A stretch of DNA of 64,000 nt, taken from contig CAZKAF010000002.1 of assembly GCA_964550955.1 (NCBI GenBank), positions 9,335 to 73,334 on the forward strand. The letters are read 5' to 3'. This document shows, one piece after another, positions 1 to 9,278 of this stretch. This DNA comes from an uncultured Candidatus Saccharibacteria bacterium (GTDB lineage: Bacteria; Patescibacteriota; Minisyncoccia; Phycocordibacterales; CAIZLB01). The notes below the pieces were generated by a model that did no database searches, was not told the origin of the DNA, and was given only the letters and a program-made list of their open reading frames with translations. Made by a program: the position numbers and the translations under genes. The stretch's first letter is position 1. The number at the start of each line of letters is the position of its first letter.

Positions 1-774
1 AACCTGCTTGTCAAAGTCAGCAACGGCGCAGGCCTGAGCAACGAGGTGACGCACGTGATTCAGATGCCTTCGGGCGATCCGCTGATCACCACGGACGCGA
101 ACTACATCAGATGGCTGCTGAACGGAGACGTATCGACAAGCACCGCAACGACATCCCAGCCGGTTCAGCAGCAAGGCAGCAGCAACGGGCTGAACAGCTC
201 GTCAGGCAAGGTTGAGACCGAAGGCGACAGCTCGACGACGGGCGGAATCGAGAAGCTCATCGAGCTCAAGAAGCAGCTGAACCCCTTGGCAAAGATGAAG
301 ATTGAGAACAGCGAGAAGCTCATGGGCCTCATCATGGGCGGCGGTTCCGGCGGCAGCGGAGGAGGAGGCCTGGGCGGCGGAGGGAGCACCGGCGGAACCA
401 CGGGAGGAGGCGAAGCGGGCGGCGGTGGCGGCACGGCTACGCACTTCGGCGGGCAGATAAGCCAGGTAACATACTGCACGTGCAGCGGCTCGATACTTCT
501 CGGCATTCAGGATATTGCTACCAGCCAAAACATGCAGGTCATGTATCAATACGGACAGTCGACATTGCATTCAAACTACAACATCTTCATGAGCGGCATC
601 AATGTCATAGGGGGCGTCAACCAGAGCGGAGGCCAATGCCAGGTATACAGCGGAACGTCCTGCACCACTGAAGGCAATGCGCAGTACACCATAGACACGC
701 TTCGAGGCGTGGGAACTGCAACATTGCCTGCGGGCGGCGCCGGTGGCGCGGGCGGTGGAGCCGGAGGAGTTTAA
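1..774 (+). CDS. Glycine-rich secreted/surface protein, C-terminal fragment. The ORF is open to the window start, so the gene begins upstream.
   Basis: The reading frame has no stop from nt 1 to 774. It contains long GGSGGSGGGG and GGGGTATHFGG tracts and a Cys-containing C-terminal part. A terminator hairpin follows the stop. Confidence 0.45.
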   Translation, partial: NLLVKVSNGAGLSNEVTHVIQMPSGDPLITTDANYIRWLLNGDVSTSTATTSQPVQQQGSSNGLNSSSGKVETEGDSSTTGGIEKLIELKKQLNPLAKMKIENSEKLMGLIMGGGSGGSGGGGLGGGGSTGGTTGGGEAGGGGGTATHFGGQISQVTYCTCSGSILLGIQDIATSQNMQVMYQYGQSTLHSNYNIFMSGINVIGGVNQSGGQCQVYSGTSCTTEGNAQYTIDTLRGVGTATLPAGGAGGAGGGAGGV

Positions 775-821
775 TAATGTTTAGCAGACGACTCTCTATT
801 TCTTTTAAGTCACGTCAACAT

Positions 822-852
822 AAAAAAACCTCCATTCGCTGGAGGTTTTTTT
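822..852. terminator. Bidirectional Rho-independent terminator (A-run, then aacctcca-ttcgc-tggaggtt hairpin, then T-run)
   Basis: A perfect 8-bp GC-containing stem is flanked by A7 and T7 runs. It lies downstream of the 1..774 CDS on the + strand and downstream of the tRNA on the - strand. Confidence 0.6.
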
Positions 853-864
853 ATTGCTTTCTTT

Positions 865-940
865 TGGAGCCGCCTCCCAGATTCGAACTGGGGACCGACT
901 GTTTACAAAACAGTTGCTCTACCAACTGAGCTAAGGCGGC
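865..940 (-). tRNA. tRNA-Thr (anticodon UGU), with encoded CCA
   Basis: The reverse complement reads GCCGCCTTAGCTCAGTTGGTAGAGCAACTGTTTTGTAAACAGTCGGTCCCCAGTTCGAATCTGGGAGGCGGCTCCA. It shows a 7-bp acceptor stem, a D-arm GCTC/GAGC, an anticodon stem ACTGT/ACAGT with loop TTTGTAA, and a T-arm CCCAG-TTCGAAT-CTGGG. Confidence 0.85.
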
Positions 941-1004
941 ATGTCTTAAACCATGCATCTGAACGAATCGCGCGATTTATTCAGTAGTTACGATTCTAGC
1001 AGAA

Positions 1005-1406
1005 CTATATTTTTTTGCAACGGCCGGAATCGGCCGACATCCTGCTTTTCTTGCTCGCTTCGACATTCTTGAGGAAGAACGAAACGGAACCCCTGTTTTT
1101 GGGAATGTCCTTGCCCGTGATGATGTCGCTCACGGCCGCGAACCGGTGATTCAGCTTTTCAAACAGGCTGATCATGAGCTTTTCCGATGACAGCAGGGCC
1201 TTCCTGAAAAGCTGCCGGGTGGTCTTGACGCTCGCATGAGTAAGCATGTATATGACGAACTCGACCGTGTCATACACGGCCGTGTCCAGTTCGGGACTGC
1301 CAAGGGAAACCCACGGCTTTCCTCGCGCCACTTCCCTTCTCTTGTTAAGCAATATCAAAGCTGCCAAAAGGAATGCGATTGAAAAAATTGTCAAAGCTAA
1401 ATTCAT
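1005..1406 (-). CDS. Hypothetical membrane-anchored protein
   Basis: 133-aa ORF with an N-terminal hydrophobic helix (LALTIFSIAFLLAALILL). No recognisable family. Confidence 0.35.
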   Translation of the reverse strand: MNLALTIFSIAFLLAALILLNKRREVARGKPWVSLGSPELDTAVYDTVEFVIYMLTHASVKTTRQLFRKALLSSEKLMISLFEKLNHRFAAVSDIITGKDIPKNRGSVSFFLKNVEASKKSRMSADSGRCKKI

Positions 1407-1430
1407 AGATTTGCCCTCTGGGCGTTCCGA

Positions 1431-2024
1431 CTACTTGCCGATCTTCATTCGAACGAATCGGGCTACCTCGATTCGTTCGCCGAACTTCTGAGTGGCATTG
1501 TCAATCAATTGCTTGATCGTGAGATCAGGATTCTTGATGAACGGCTGCTCGAGGAGAATCCTGTCCTTGAAGTACGCGTCGAGCTTGCCCGCGAGAATCT
1601 GTTCCTTGAGATTCTCAGGCTTTCCTTCGACTTCAGCTTGGAAAACTTCGACTGCTTTCGCCTTGTCAGCTTCGCTGATTTCCTCAGTTCGGATGAACTC
1701 GGGATTAGCGGCCGAAATGTGCATGGCGATGTCGTATGCGAGAGTCTTGAACTCGGCGTTGTTCGAGACGAAGTCAGTTTCCGACACGAGCTCTACCATT
1801 GCGCCGATAGTTCCGTTTGAATGAATGTACGCCTGAACCACGCCTGCGCCGAATTCTCGGTCAGACTTCTTCGCCGCGATTTCTGCGCCTTTCTTTCGAA
1901 GAAGGATGAGGGCCTTTTCCTCGTCGCCGCCCGCTTCCTCGAGAGCTTTCTTGCACTGCATGACGGAGATGCCCGTCTTGTCTCGCAGCGCTTTCACTTG
2001 TTCCATTGATACTTCGGATGTCAT
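1431..2024 (-). CDS. tsf: Translation elongation factor Ts (short form)
   Basis: N-terminal UBA-like motif VKALRDKTGISVMQCKKALEEAGGD. 197 aa. Lies immediately downstream of rpsB in the conserved rpsB-tsf order. Confidence 0.9.
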   Translation of the reverse strand: MTSEVSMEQVKALRDKTGISVMQCKKALEEAGGDEEKALILLRKKGAEIAAKKSDREFGAGVVQAYIHSNGTIGAMVELVSETDFVSNNAEFKTLAYDIAMHISAANPEFIRTEEISEADKAKAVEVFQAEVEGKPENLKEQILAGKLDAYFKDRILLEQPFIKNPDLTIKQLIDNATQKFGERIEVARFVRMKIGK

Positions 2025-2107
2025 AGTTTTGGCTTAGGTATATTATATCAGATTTATAAGTAAGATAGAAAACAAAAAAACAGGCAGCGACATGCGCGCC
2101 CGATTGA

Positions 2108-2866
2108 TTATTTGACTTCCGGCTTGACTGCTTCAGGCTTCACGGCAAGCTTCTTTCCCTCAGCATAGGCTTCGGAAACCTTGTCCGTAAAGTATTTGAC
2201 GCTGTCGATTGAAGAATCGTTCGCCACGACAGGATAATTGACGACGGAGACGTCGCAGTCAGATCCCGCGAGCGCGATGACCGGAATCTTCTTTTCAATG
2301 GCTTCAGCGACGGCGATATGCTCTTTCTTTGAGTCGACGACGAAGATTGCTCCCGGAAGATGAGGCATGCCGGAGATGCCGCCGAAAAGGTCGTTAAGTC
2401 GCTCGATTTCTCGGTCGATCATCACTCGTTCCTTCTTAGTGTACTTCGTGAGCTCGCCTTTTTCCTTCTGGCTTGTCAGGTCGAGAAGCTTCTCGACTCT
2501 TTTTCGGATAACGTCGAAGTTCGTGAACGTGCCGCCGATCCATCGGCTTGCAACGTATGGCTGCGCGATTCGATCCGCAGCTTCCTTTATAGCCTGCCGC
2601 GCCTCGCTCTTGCTTCCGATGAAGAGAACCTGCTTGCCGGTGCTCGCGACTTTCTGTACGAAGTCGAGGGCCGATTCAAGCTGGCCTTCCGTCTTTTCCA
2701 AGTCGAAAATCTCAATCTTGTTCTTAACGCCGAAGATGAAAGGCTTGACCGTCGGATGCCGTCTTGATTTGATAAATCCGTAATGAGCGCCGATCTTGTA
2801 CATGGCCTCGATTATAGGGTTTTTTGATTCTGTATGTGCTGACATATGTAAATAGGAGTCTATCAC
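2108..2866 (-). CDS. rpsB: 30S ribosomal protein S2. The true start is probably the internal Met at about nt 2845 (MSAHTESK...).
   Basis: S2 signature KIGAHYGF...RRHP...FIFG and a central VLFIGSK...A region. Gene order rpsB-tsf is conserved. Confidence 0.9.
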   Translation of the reverse strand: MIDSYLHMSAHTESKNPIIEAMYKIGAHYGFIKSRRHPTVKPFIFGVKNKIEIFDLEKTEGQLESALDFVQKVASTGKQVLFIGSKSEARQAIKEAADRIAQPYVASRWIGGTFTNFDVIRKRVEKLLDLTSQKEKGELTKYTKKERVMIDREIERLNDLFGGISGMPHLPGAIFVVDSKKEHIAVAEAIEKKIPVIALAGSDCDVSVVNYPVVANDSSIDSVKYFTDKVSEAYAEGKKLAVKPEAVKPEVK

Positions 2867-2986
2867 AGGCCGTCTTTGAGTGCAAATACGACCGGAGGCC
2901 CGAGCAATGGGCTTAATTGCGAGTTTTTACATCTTCCTGACAACAAGGCGTTTTGCGGCAAAAAGGCGCATCAGGCAGGCTTCTTG

Positions 2987-3517
2987 CTATTTCTGCGTAG
3001 CAGATATGCATCGGCCCGAAGCGAAAGCGCCGGCAACTCCCTGTCCCCGCTCGTGCACCTGCTGGAACTGGCCGGAACTATTTGCGACCGAAGTGCCTAT
3101 GAAATACAGGAGATACTCCTCCCTTCCCGAAACAGGACCGCAGTCATAATAGATGCCATCGATGGGATTTACGTGATAATACACGTCAGGAGACGATAGA
3201 AGCGAAACTGGCATGACAGGAGCAGCCTTAATATATTGCGACAGATGCGTATTCACGAGAGCGGCGACTGATATTCCCTCCCCGTCGACGCCGGACGGCG
3301 GCAAGGACTTATTGTCCTGGCGGTACATCTCTATAGCTTGCGAGATTGCGCCGTACTCGCTCTGAACCTTCGCGACTTTCGCCTTCTCCCTTGACTGAGA
3401 CAGCGAGGCAGTTCCCACGCTGGCAAGAAGTCCGATGATGGCGATGACGACGATAAGCTCCATGAGCGTGAAGCCCGCTTCCGACTTATTGTATGCTGAG
3501 TATGTTTTCATGTTCAT
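2987..3517 (-). CDS. Type IV pilin / pseudopilin-like protein
   Basis: Class III (prepilin) signal: short basic leader then G|FTLMELIVVIAIIGLLA with the conserved Glu at +5. Size 176 aa. Confidence 0.75.
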   Translation of the reverse strand: MNMKTYSAYNKSEAGFTLMELIVVIAIIGLLASVGTASLSQSREKAKVAKVQSEYGAISQAIEMYRQDNKSLPPSGVDGEGISVAALVNTHLSQYIKAAPVMPVSLLSSPDVYYHVNPIDGIYYDCGPVSGREEYLLYFIGTSVANSSGQFQQVHERGQGVAGAFASGRCISATQK

Positions 3518-3522
3518 GATGA

Positions 3523-3831
3523 TTATCTGGACCGCCGCGAAGGCAGGGAGTTCAAATAAGCCGCCCGGTCCTGGGCAGGAATCAGGCGCAGTTCCGCCTC
3601 GGTAACGTCTTCCCTGTACGTCGCGTTCATCTCGTTGATCGCGAACGGATTATAAAAAAATTGAATGGCGACGGCGCCGGCCACGCAGACAATCGCGAAA
3701 AACAGCATGAATATCTTTTCCCAGACAGGCTGCGTCGCATAATTTTGAAGCCTGAAGCTGACATTCCGCACTTCGGCTATTTCCTGATCCTTTTCCAAAT
3801 CCCGCTGTTCCTCTTCAAATACGATAGGCAT
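3523..3831 (-). CDS. Hypothetical small membrane protein
   Basis: 102-aa ORF with one TM segment (IFMLFFAIVCVAGAVAIQFF). It is tightly spaced (6 nt) upstream of the pilin gene on the same strand. Confidence 0.3.
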   Translation of the reverse strand: MPIVFEEEQRDLEKDQEIAEVRNVSFRLQNYATQPVWEKIFMLFFAIVCVAGAVAIQFFYNPFAINEMNATYREDVTEAELRLIPAQDRAAYLNSLPSRRSR

Positions 3832-3858
3832 ACCAATATGGTACCATACCGGGATTAA

Positions 3859-4878
3859 TTACTCATCCGCGTCTTCCCCAGCGGACGAGACCCCTCCGTT
3901 CGCCTCGGCGTCGAGGACGGCCTGCACCATCATATCTATGTTTCCGAGCATGATGCTCTCGATATTGTGCCACGACTGCTTGATTCGATGGTCGGTAACC
4001 CGGTCCTGGAGGAAGTTATAGGTCCTGATCTTTTCGGACCTGTCCCCGGTCCCGATCTGATCTTTCCTGTCTTTTGAATATTTCTTCGCCTCCTCTTCTT
4101 CCTTGATGACCTGAAGCTTCGCGGCCAGAATCTGCATGGCCTTCTCCCTGTTCTTCAGCTGGCTTCGCTCCGACGTGCATCGAACATCGACGCCTGTCGG
4201 CTTGTGAATGAGGCGCACCGCCGTTTCCACCTTGTTCACGTTCTGGCCTCCCGCTCCGCCCGATCGCGAAAGCTCCATCTCGACATCGCCGGGACTTATC
4301 TCAAATTTAACTTTTTTCCGAATGGGCAAGATGGCGACTGACGCGGTAGACGTATGGATTCTTCCGGACTTTTCCGTAGCGGGCACTCGCTGCACCCGGT
4401 GAATGCCGGTCTCGTATCTAAAATATTTGTATATCTCCGGCCCCCTCATTTCATACGAAGCCTGCTTGAAGCCCCCAAGGGAACTTTCCGACGAATCGAC
4501 GAGCCTCGAAGACCAGCCCTTCATGATGGTGTAGTTCTGATACATCGAGGAAAGCTGCTCGGCAAAGAGGGCCGCCTCTTCCCCGCCGGTTCCCGCTCGG
4601 ACTTCCAGGATAATTTCGGAAGGATACTGGTCCGCCTCCTCGTCCTCTTTCGTGATCAGATCGATTTTCTCGACGATGCCCTTCAGCTGCTCGTCGATGA
4701 CCCCGAGCTCTTCTCCTGCCAGATCCGCCATCGACGCGTCAGCCGCCATCTGCTCGACTTCGAGCCTCTGGGCAAGCAGCCTCTCGAACTCATACGCGAA
4801 AAAGCCCGTCTTGTGATTCTGCTTCAGCTCGTCGAGCTCGTCTTTGGAATATTTTTCATGGAAGTTGGTTTCGGTCAT
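3859..4878 (-). CDS. prfA: Peptide chain release factor 1. The likely start is MTETNF; the ORF extends to 4950.
   Basis: GGQ motif [11 protein letters not shown]. The RF1-type stop-codon recognition tripeptide PAT is in [17 protein letters not shown] (RF2 would carry SPF). Confidence 0.9.
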   Translation of the reverse strand: MTETNFHEKYSKDELDELKQNHKTGFFAYEFERLLAQRLEVEQMAADASMADLAGEELGVIDEQLKGIVEKIDLITKEDEEADQYPSEIILEVRAGTGGEEAALFAEQLSSMYQNYTIMKGWSSRLVDSSESSLGGFKQASYEMRGPEIYKYFRYETGIHRVQRVPATEKSGRIHTSTASVAILPIRKKVKFEISPGDVEMELSRSGGAGGQNVNKVETAVRLIHKPTGVDVRCTSERSQLKNREKAMQILAAKLQVIKEEEEAKKYSKDRKDQIGTGDRSEKIRTYNFLQDRVTDHRIKQSWHNIESIMLGNIDMMVQAVLDAEANGGVSSAGEDADE

Positions 4879-5027
4879 TTTTTGCTGTTTGTTGTTTCGT
4901 CTTTGTTTCGGGGTTCCTGCGCCGCAGCGCGGGAATGCGATGATGCACATGATACCACCGGCAGATATTCATGTAAAAGAAAAAACTGCCCTGGCTGATG
5001 CATGACGGCAGTTTCTTCCCTGACAAG

Positions 5028-5249
5028 CTACTTCTTCGAAGTCTTTGCGGCCTGAGCTCGTCGAGTGTTGAACTTGTCCACTCGTCCGGCGGCATCAAGC
5101 ACCTTCTCTGTGCCGGTATAGAAAGGATGGCACTTTGAGCAGATTTCAACGCTGACAGACTCCTTGGTTGAACCCATGGTGAACACCGATCCGCATGCGC
5201 ATGTGAATTTAGCTTCTGTATTATATGTAGGATGGATATCTGATTTCAT
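5028..5249 (-). CDS. rpmE: 50S ribosomal protein L31
   Basis: MKSDIHPTY start, Cys pairs CAC...[10 protein letters not shown]. 73 aa. Confidence 0.9.
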   Translation of the reverse strand: MKSDIHPTYNTEAKFTCACGSVFTMGSTKESVSVEICSKCHPFYTGTEKVLDAAGRVDKFNTRRAQAAKTSKK

Positions 5250-5366
5250 GACCGCTACTATACCGTATTTTAGTTTTTAAGGCAAATCAAGGCGGTTCCG
5301 AGAACGCCTGAAAGGCGCAGCGGCATCGTCGCCCATCGCCGGAGGCAAAAAAGGACGGAAAAGGCT

Positions 5367-6728
5367 CTATAAGCCGGCAAGGATGTCTATATTGTCCTGA
5401 ATGGACTTGACCCGAGCCATTACCTGGTCGCCATAGAACACGTTCGTGCCCGAGCACGTTCGTCCTGAGTAATACCTGCATGCGGCATTGCGCTCGGTCG
5501 TATACGTCTTGTTATGCGCGCCCAAGTCGCCGAGATACATGGATGATGCCATGAACGCGTCCTGAGGATTCCACGGATCGGAAGCGGGCTTGCCGAGGGC
5601 TACGGCGATCCGCTGGGCAAATATCTGCCATGTGGACGGGATAAACTGAGCCGGACCCATGGCTCCTCCGTACCCGGTACTAAGCGGGCATGAGACCAGG
5701 GTCTTGTAAGGGTCGCGTCCCAGGTCAGCGGTGATTTTCAAGAAAGGCTGAACGTCCCGGTTCGCTTTCATCAAGTTTGAAAACACGGTGCCTGACGTGG
5801 CCCCGACGCCCGCGCCCGTTTCAGGGTTCGTCAGGTAGCACCGGCCCACGTTCGCGCCAAGATTGCTTTCCTGCTGAATGATGGCAAGCACGAACGCCGC
5901 GCGCACGCCCGTCCGAGCCTCGGCAGCCTTCGCATATGTCACCGCGTCGCCGAACTTGATAGGGCCCGCATCTCGAAGCTTGAAGAGCTGGTTTCTGATC
6001 TTGTCCGCTTCCTGCTTCTTGGTCGCTATGACCGTCTGATAGCCTTTCTGCTGATCCTTGTTCAAGCTCAGCAGGCGCTTCTTTTCGGCTTCCGCCTGCT
6101 TGATGACGTTCGTCTCCCTCTCGACGCTTACCTTGATGTCGATTTCCTTGTTTCTCTTGACGTCCAGCTCCTTCTTCACCGTCTCGTTTTCGGATTTGGC
6201 ATCCTTGATGCCGTCCAGATGCGTCTTCAGCGACTGATTAATCGACGCGAACGAATCGAGGTCGATAAAGAACTTCGAGATGTCCTGGTTGCTGAGGATT
6301 GCCTCGACCATGCTGTAATTGTCTATTTCCCTTGTCTTCTCGATAATTTGCGCGAGCGAATCCTTGCCGCTGTCAATTCTCGATCCGAGAGCGGTAATGG
6401 TATTGTTCTTGACCGAGATGTCCTTGCCGAGATTGTTTATGGTCAGCTCATGCTGCCGAATCTTCAGCTGCGCGGTCTTGATCTTGGAATTCAAGATGCT
6501 GACGTCTCGCTCGATGGACGCGCCTTCGGATTGCCTCTGCTTGAGAATCGTTTCCTGGTCCTTGATTTCAGCCTCGATTTGGGCGAGTTCCGCCCTCAGC
6601 TTTTGCTCCTGTTCAGGAGTCAGGTCCTGGGCAAAAATGGAGCCGACGTGAGCTGTAAGGAAAACGAATGCTGAAAATATCGCGATTAAAATGTATGACT
6701 TGCGGATAGTGCCGAACATGAGTTTCAT
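5367..6728 (-). CDS. Secreted coiled-coil protein with a C-terminal lytic transglycosylase (SLT-like) domain
   Basis: Signal peptide, then a roughly 230-aa heptad/charged coiled-coil region. The C-terminal part has the AIIQQESNLGANV catalytic-Glu motif and a GAMGPAQF motif, as in family-1 lytic transglycosylases. Confidence 0.7.
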   Translation of the reverse strand: MKLMFGTIRKSYILIAIFSAFVFLTAHVGSIFAQDLTPEQEQKLRAELAQIEAEIKDQETILKQRQSEGASIERDVSILNSKIKTAQLKIRQHELTINNLGKDISVKNNTITALGSRIDSGKDSLAQIIEKTREIDNYSMVEAILSNQDISKFFIDLDSFASINQSLKTHLDGIKDAKSENETVKKELDVKRNKEIDIKVSVERETNVIKQAEAEKKRLLSLNKDQQKGYQTVIATKKQEADKIRNQLFKLRDAGPIKFGDAVTYAKAAEARTGVRAAFVLAIIQQESNLGANVGRCYLTNPETGAGVGATSGTVFSNLMKANRDVQPFLKITADLGRDPYKTLVSCPLSTGYGGAMGPAQFIPSTWQIFAQRIAVALGKPASDPWNPQDAFMASSMYLGDLGAHNKTYTTERNAACRYYSGRTCSGTNVFYGDQVMARVKSIQDNIDILAGL

Positions 6729-6750
6729 TATATGCTACTTGGCGACATAT

Positions 6751-6787
6751 AAAAAGAGCATGATTATGAAGAATCATGCTCTTTTAT
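6751..6787. terminator. Rho-independent terminator downstream of rplY (agagcatgatt...aatcatgctct + TTTT)
   Basis: Perfect 11-bp inverted repeat flanked by A- and T-runs. Confidence 0.5.
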
Positions 6788-6832
6788 GAAAAACTGCTGA
6801 ACTTTTGAGGGAAAATCCAGAAAAACTGTGGA

Positions 6833-7468
6833 TTACTCGGCAACAGGCTCGCCTTCTTCCTCTTTCTTGCCTTTCTTTTCCGAGATGCCGATGGCAGACA
6901 TGTCGATAGCCGCCGGAGCCTCTTCGACTTCTTCCTTGGCCGCATTCACGAGAGCTACGACTTCGTCCGCATCGATCATCGCTTCGACTCCCTTTGGAAG
7001 CTTGAGGTCTGATACCTTGATTTGAGAATCAAAATCGACGATGGATGACACGTCCACTTCGATAGTGTGAGGAAGGTCTTTCGGAAAGGCTTCAATTTCG
7101 AGCTCGTGCATGACCTTGATAAGCGATCCGCCGAGGTTCTTGGCAGCTGGCGCCTCGCCGACGAATTCGAGAGGGATGGCAACCTGAACCTTCTTGCCCT
7201 TTTCAATTACGTAAAAGTCGACATGCTTGATGATGTCCGTAACCGCGTCTTTTTGGATGTCGTGGATAAGGGCGTCATGATCCTCATCTACTCCCGTAAG
7301 GGTGATGACTGCGGATTCTCCCGCTGATTTCCAAATTTTATTAAATTCTGATGCATTTGTGGCGATAGAAGTAGGCGTAACCTTCGGACCATAGAAAACA
7401 CCCGGGATTTTCCCCTGTGATCTTGTCGTTGCCGCGTCACCGCTTCGCTTTTCAATAGTCAATTTCAT
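6833..7468 (-). CDS. rplY: 50S ribosomal protein L25 / general stress protein Ctc
   Basis: MKLTIEKRSG...GKIPGVFYG N-terminus typical of L25/Ctc. Acidic C-terminal extension. Confidence 0.85.
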   Translation of the reverse strand: MKLTIEKRSGDAATTRSQGKIPGVFYGPKVTPTSIATNASEFNKIWKSAGESAVITLTGVDEDHDALIHDIQKDAVTDIIKHVDFYVIEKGKKVQVAIPLEFVGEAPAAKNLGGSLIKVMHELEIEAFPKDLPHTIEVDVSSIVDFDSQIKVSDLKLPKGVEAMIDADEVVALVNAAKEEVEEAPAAIDMSAIGISEKKGKKEEEGEPVAE

Positions 7469-7561
7469 GGTCTCCTGATTATATATATATTTGTCAAAAA
7501 GGCAAATACTAAAGGATTTGAGGCTCGGCGATGCCTGATCAGGCGATGATTCGGTTCGGAC

Positions 7562-8827
7562 CTACGGCGTCCAGACCCCTCCCGGCTGGCCGGTTGAATC
7601 CCATGTGCACTGGTAGTCGCCTCCGTCCTCCGGATACCAATTATTGCAGGAATATTCCCCTCCTCCGCCCGACGTCCAATAATAGCCGCAGTTGCCGTAG
7701 TCATCGCTCCATTCGGTACCGCACATGGCATTTTCGCATTCATAGGGATCAAGGAACCCAACCTGGCTGCCGCTCGAAGAATCCACGCAATATTCGTACA
7801 TGTCCTCCATGCACATCTCAGACAGGCAGGAAGGCTCGTCGCCGTGCCACGTCACGTTGAAGCCTTGATCTTGGCAATACCCGCCGCCGCCTCCGCCGCC
7901 GCACATGTTGGATTCGCAGGATCCCTGATCAGTCGAGTATCCGTCGCTGCACACGTACACTTCGGACTCGCACTCTTCCTGCGTTCCGTATTGCGCATCA
8001 GAGCATCCGCTCTCGCCGCCGACGATGCCCCCGTCGGAATCTTCCTCGATGCCGCTCGTTATGCCGAGCACCTTGTCAGCCACATACGGGCCGCTGCAAA
8101 AGCTGCCTCCGGAACCTGACGGATTGAAAACTGGATAGTAATCGAGGTTCGCGCTGCCGGTCACCTCGCAGATTGACCGCAAGAAATCGAGCGAAGCAGG
8201 ATCGGAATTTTTAGAAAGCACGAAGCCGATTTTCTTGTTTGCATGCGTAAAGACGTAGCGCTCTTCAAGATACGTGTAAACCGTCAGATTGTTCCCGTCA
8301 GACCAGGCTTTGTAGCAGATGCCTGACTCGGGGCTGTTCCTCGGATCTCGCGGCACGGAACCAAGATTGCCGGCAGCCACCAGCGTGTCGGCCATCGAGT
8401 TGAACCTGGTGCAGCCGGCTGACAGGGACTGCGCGTACGCGACAGGCGTGATCTTGGACAGGAAGCTTTGGACCGCGCCAAACGGCTTGGCCCGAGCGCC
8501 TTCGCCTTTCTCCGGCAGATCCGCCGCGAGCGAGCCGACCTGAAGAGCGTCGCCTTGAGAGAGGGCGGGATAGTTGCCCCTGGCCGTGTAATACACTTCC
8601 AAGGCAATTTTCAGCTGGGCCAATTCCTGAGACCTCTTCGAGTCATTTGCCCTCTTGCGGCCCTCCGAAAGGCTGCCTATTACCGCGGACGAGAGGAGTC
8701 CTATTATGGAAATGACGACCAGGAGCTCGATGAGCGTGAAGCCGAACATGCGCGACTTGGATGCGGCTTTCTTGAGGCATGAATCTTTCCCCGCCTTTCG
8801 TTTTCCAAATATAGGTATTAGTTTCAT
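7562..8827 (-). CDS. Type IV pilin-like protein with a long Cys-, Gly- and Asp-rich C-terminal region
   Basis: Prepilin signal ...SRMFG|FTLIELLVVISIIGLLSS. The 300-aa C-terminus contains many Cys (CSDGYSTDQGSCESNMCGGGGGGGYC...) and ends in W/Y/G-rich repeats. Confidence 0.65.
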   Translation of the reverse strand: MKLIPIFGKRKAGKDSCLKKAASKSRMFGFTLIELLVVISIIGLLSSAVIGSLSEGRKRANDSKRSQELAQLKIALEVYYTARGNYPALSQGDALQVGSLAADLPEKGEGARAKPFGAVQSFLSKITPVAYAQSLSAGCTRFNSMADTLVAAGNLGSVPRDPRNSPESGICYKAWSDGNNLTVYTYLEERYVFTHANKKIGFVLSKNSDPASLDFLRSICEVTGSANLDYYPVFNPSGSGGSFCSGPYVADKVLGITSGIEEDSDGGIVGGESGCSDAQYGTQEECESEVYVCSDGYSTDQGSCESNMCGGGGGGGYCQDQGFNVTWHGDEPSCLSEMCMEDMYEYCVDSSSGSQVGFLDPYECENAMCGTEWSDDYGNCGYYWTSGGGGEYSCNNWYPEDGGDYQCTWDSTGQPGGVWTP

Positions 8828-8842
8828 TGAGATTCGTATCCC

Positions 8843-9139
8843 CTATTGCAATCGTATTATGCCTGAATTTGATGAGGTTCTGTAAAAAATAATAATTGTG
8901 ATTACAATGACGATTACCAAAAATAGTATAACAAACAATTGCGCCTGCGTCTCGGTCTTAACAACACGGGTCTTGAGGATGAGCCGGATGATCATCGGGG
9001 GGGGGTTATCGACGCTCTGAAAACGGTCCTGCTGCATCGAGCGCATGTCGGTCTGATATCCCCTAAAACCCGCTTGCGGCGGCCTTGTCGGCAAAATCGG
9101 GTCTTCTTCGAATTGGAGGTCGGAGCTCATTAGTGTCAT
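8843..9139 (-). CDS. Possible small membrane protein (uncertain). The ORF spans the G9 homopolymer.
   Basis: 98-aa ORF ending in a strongly hydrophobic segment LFVILFLVIVIVITIIIF. No homology recognised, so it may be non-coding. Confidence 0.2.
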   Translation of the reverse strand: MTLMSSDLQFEEDPILPTRPPQAGFRGYQTDMRSMQQDRFQSVDNPPPMIIRLILKTRVVKTETQAQLFVILFLVIVIVITIIIFYRTSSNSGIIRLQ

Positions 9140-9278
9140 TGTATCAATCTATTGATACGGAGCCAAACAAAGGCGTTCTCCGCAATCGCGCGCGATTAGC
9201 GCGACGAGCTTTTCCTGCCCGAATCTTGTGCAAAACGATGCCGAACCCCGGCACATCTCTGTGCTATACTCAATTAAT

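Noticed and set aside
4354-4998. 214-aa plus-strand ORF overlapping prfA
   Set aside because: Antisense to a clearly conserved RF1 gene, with no motifs.
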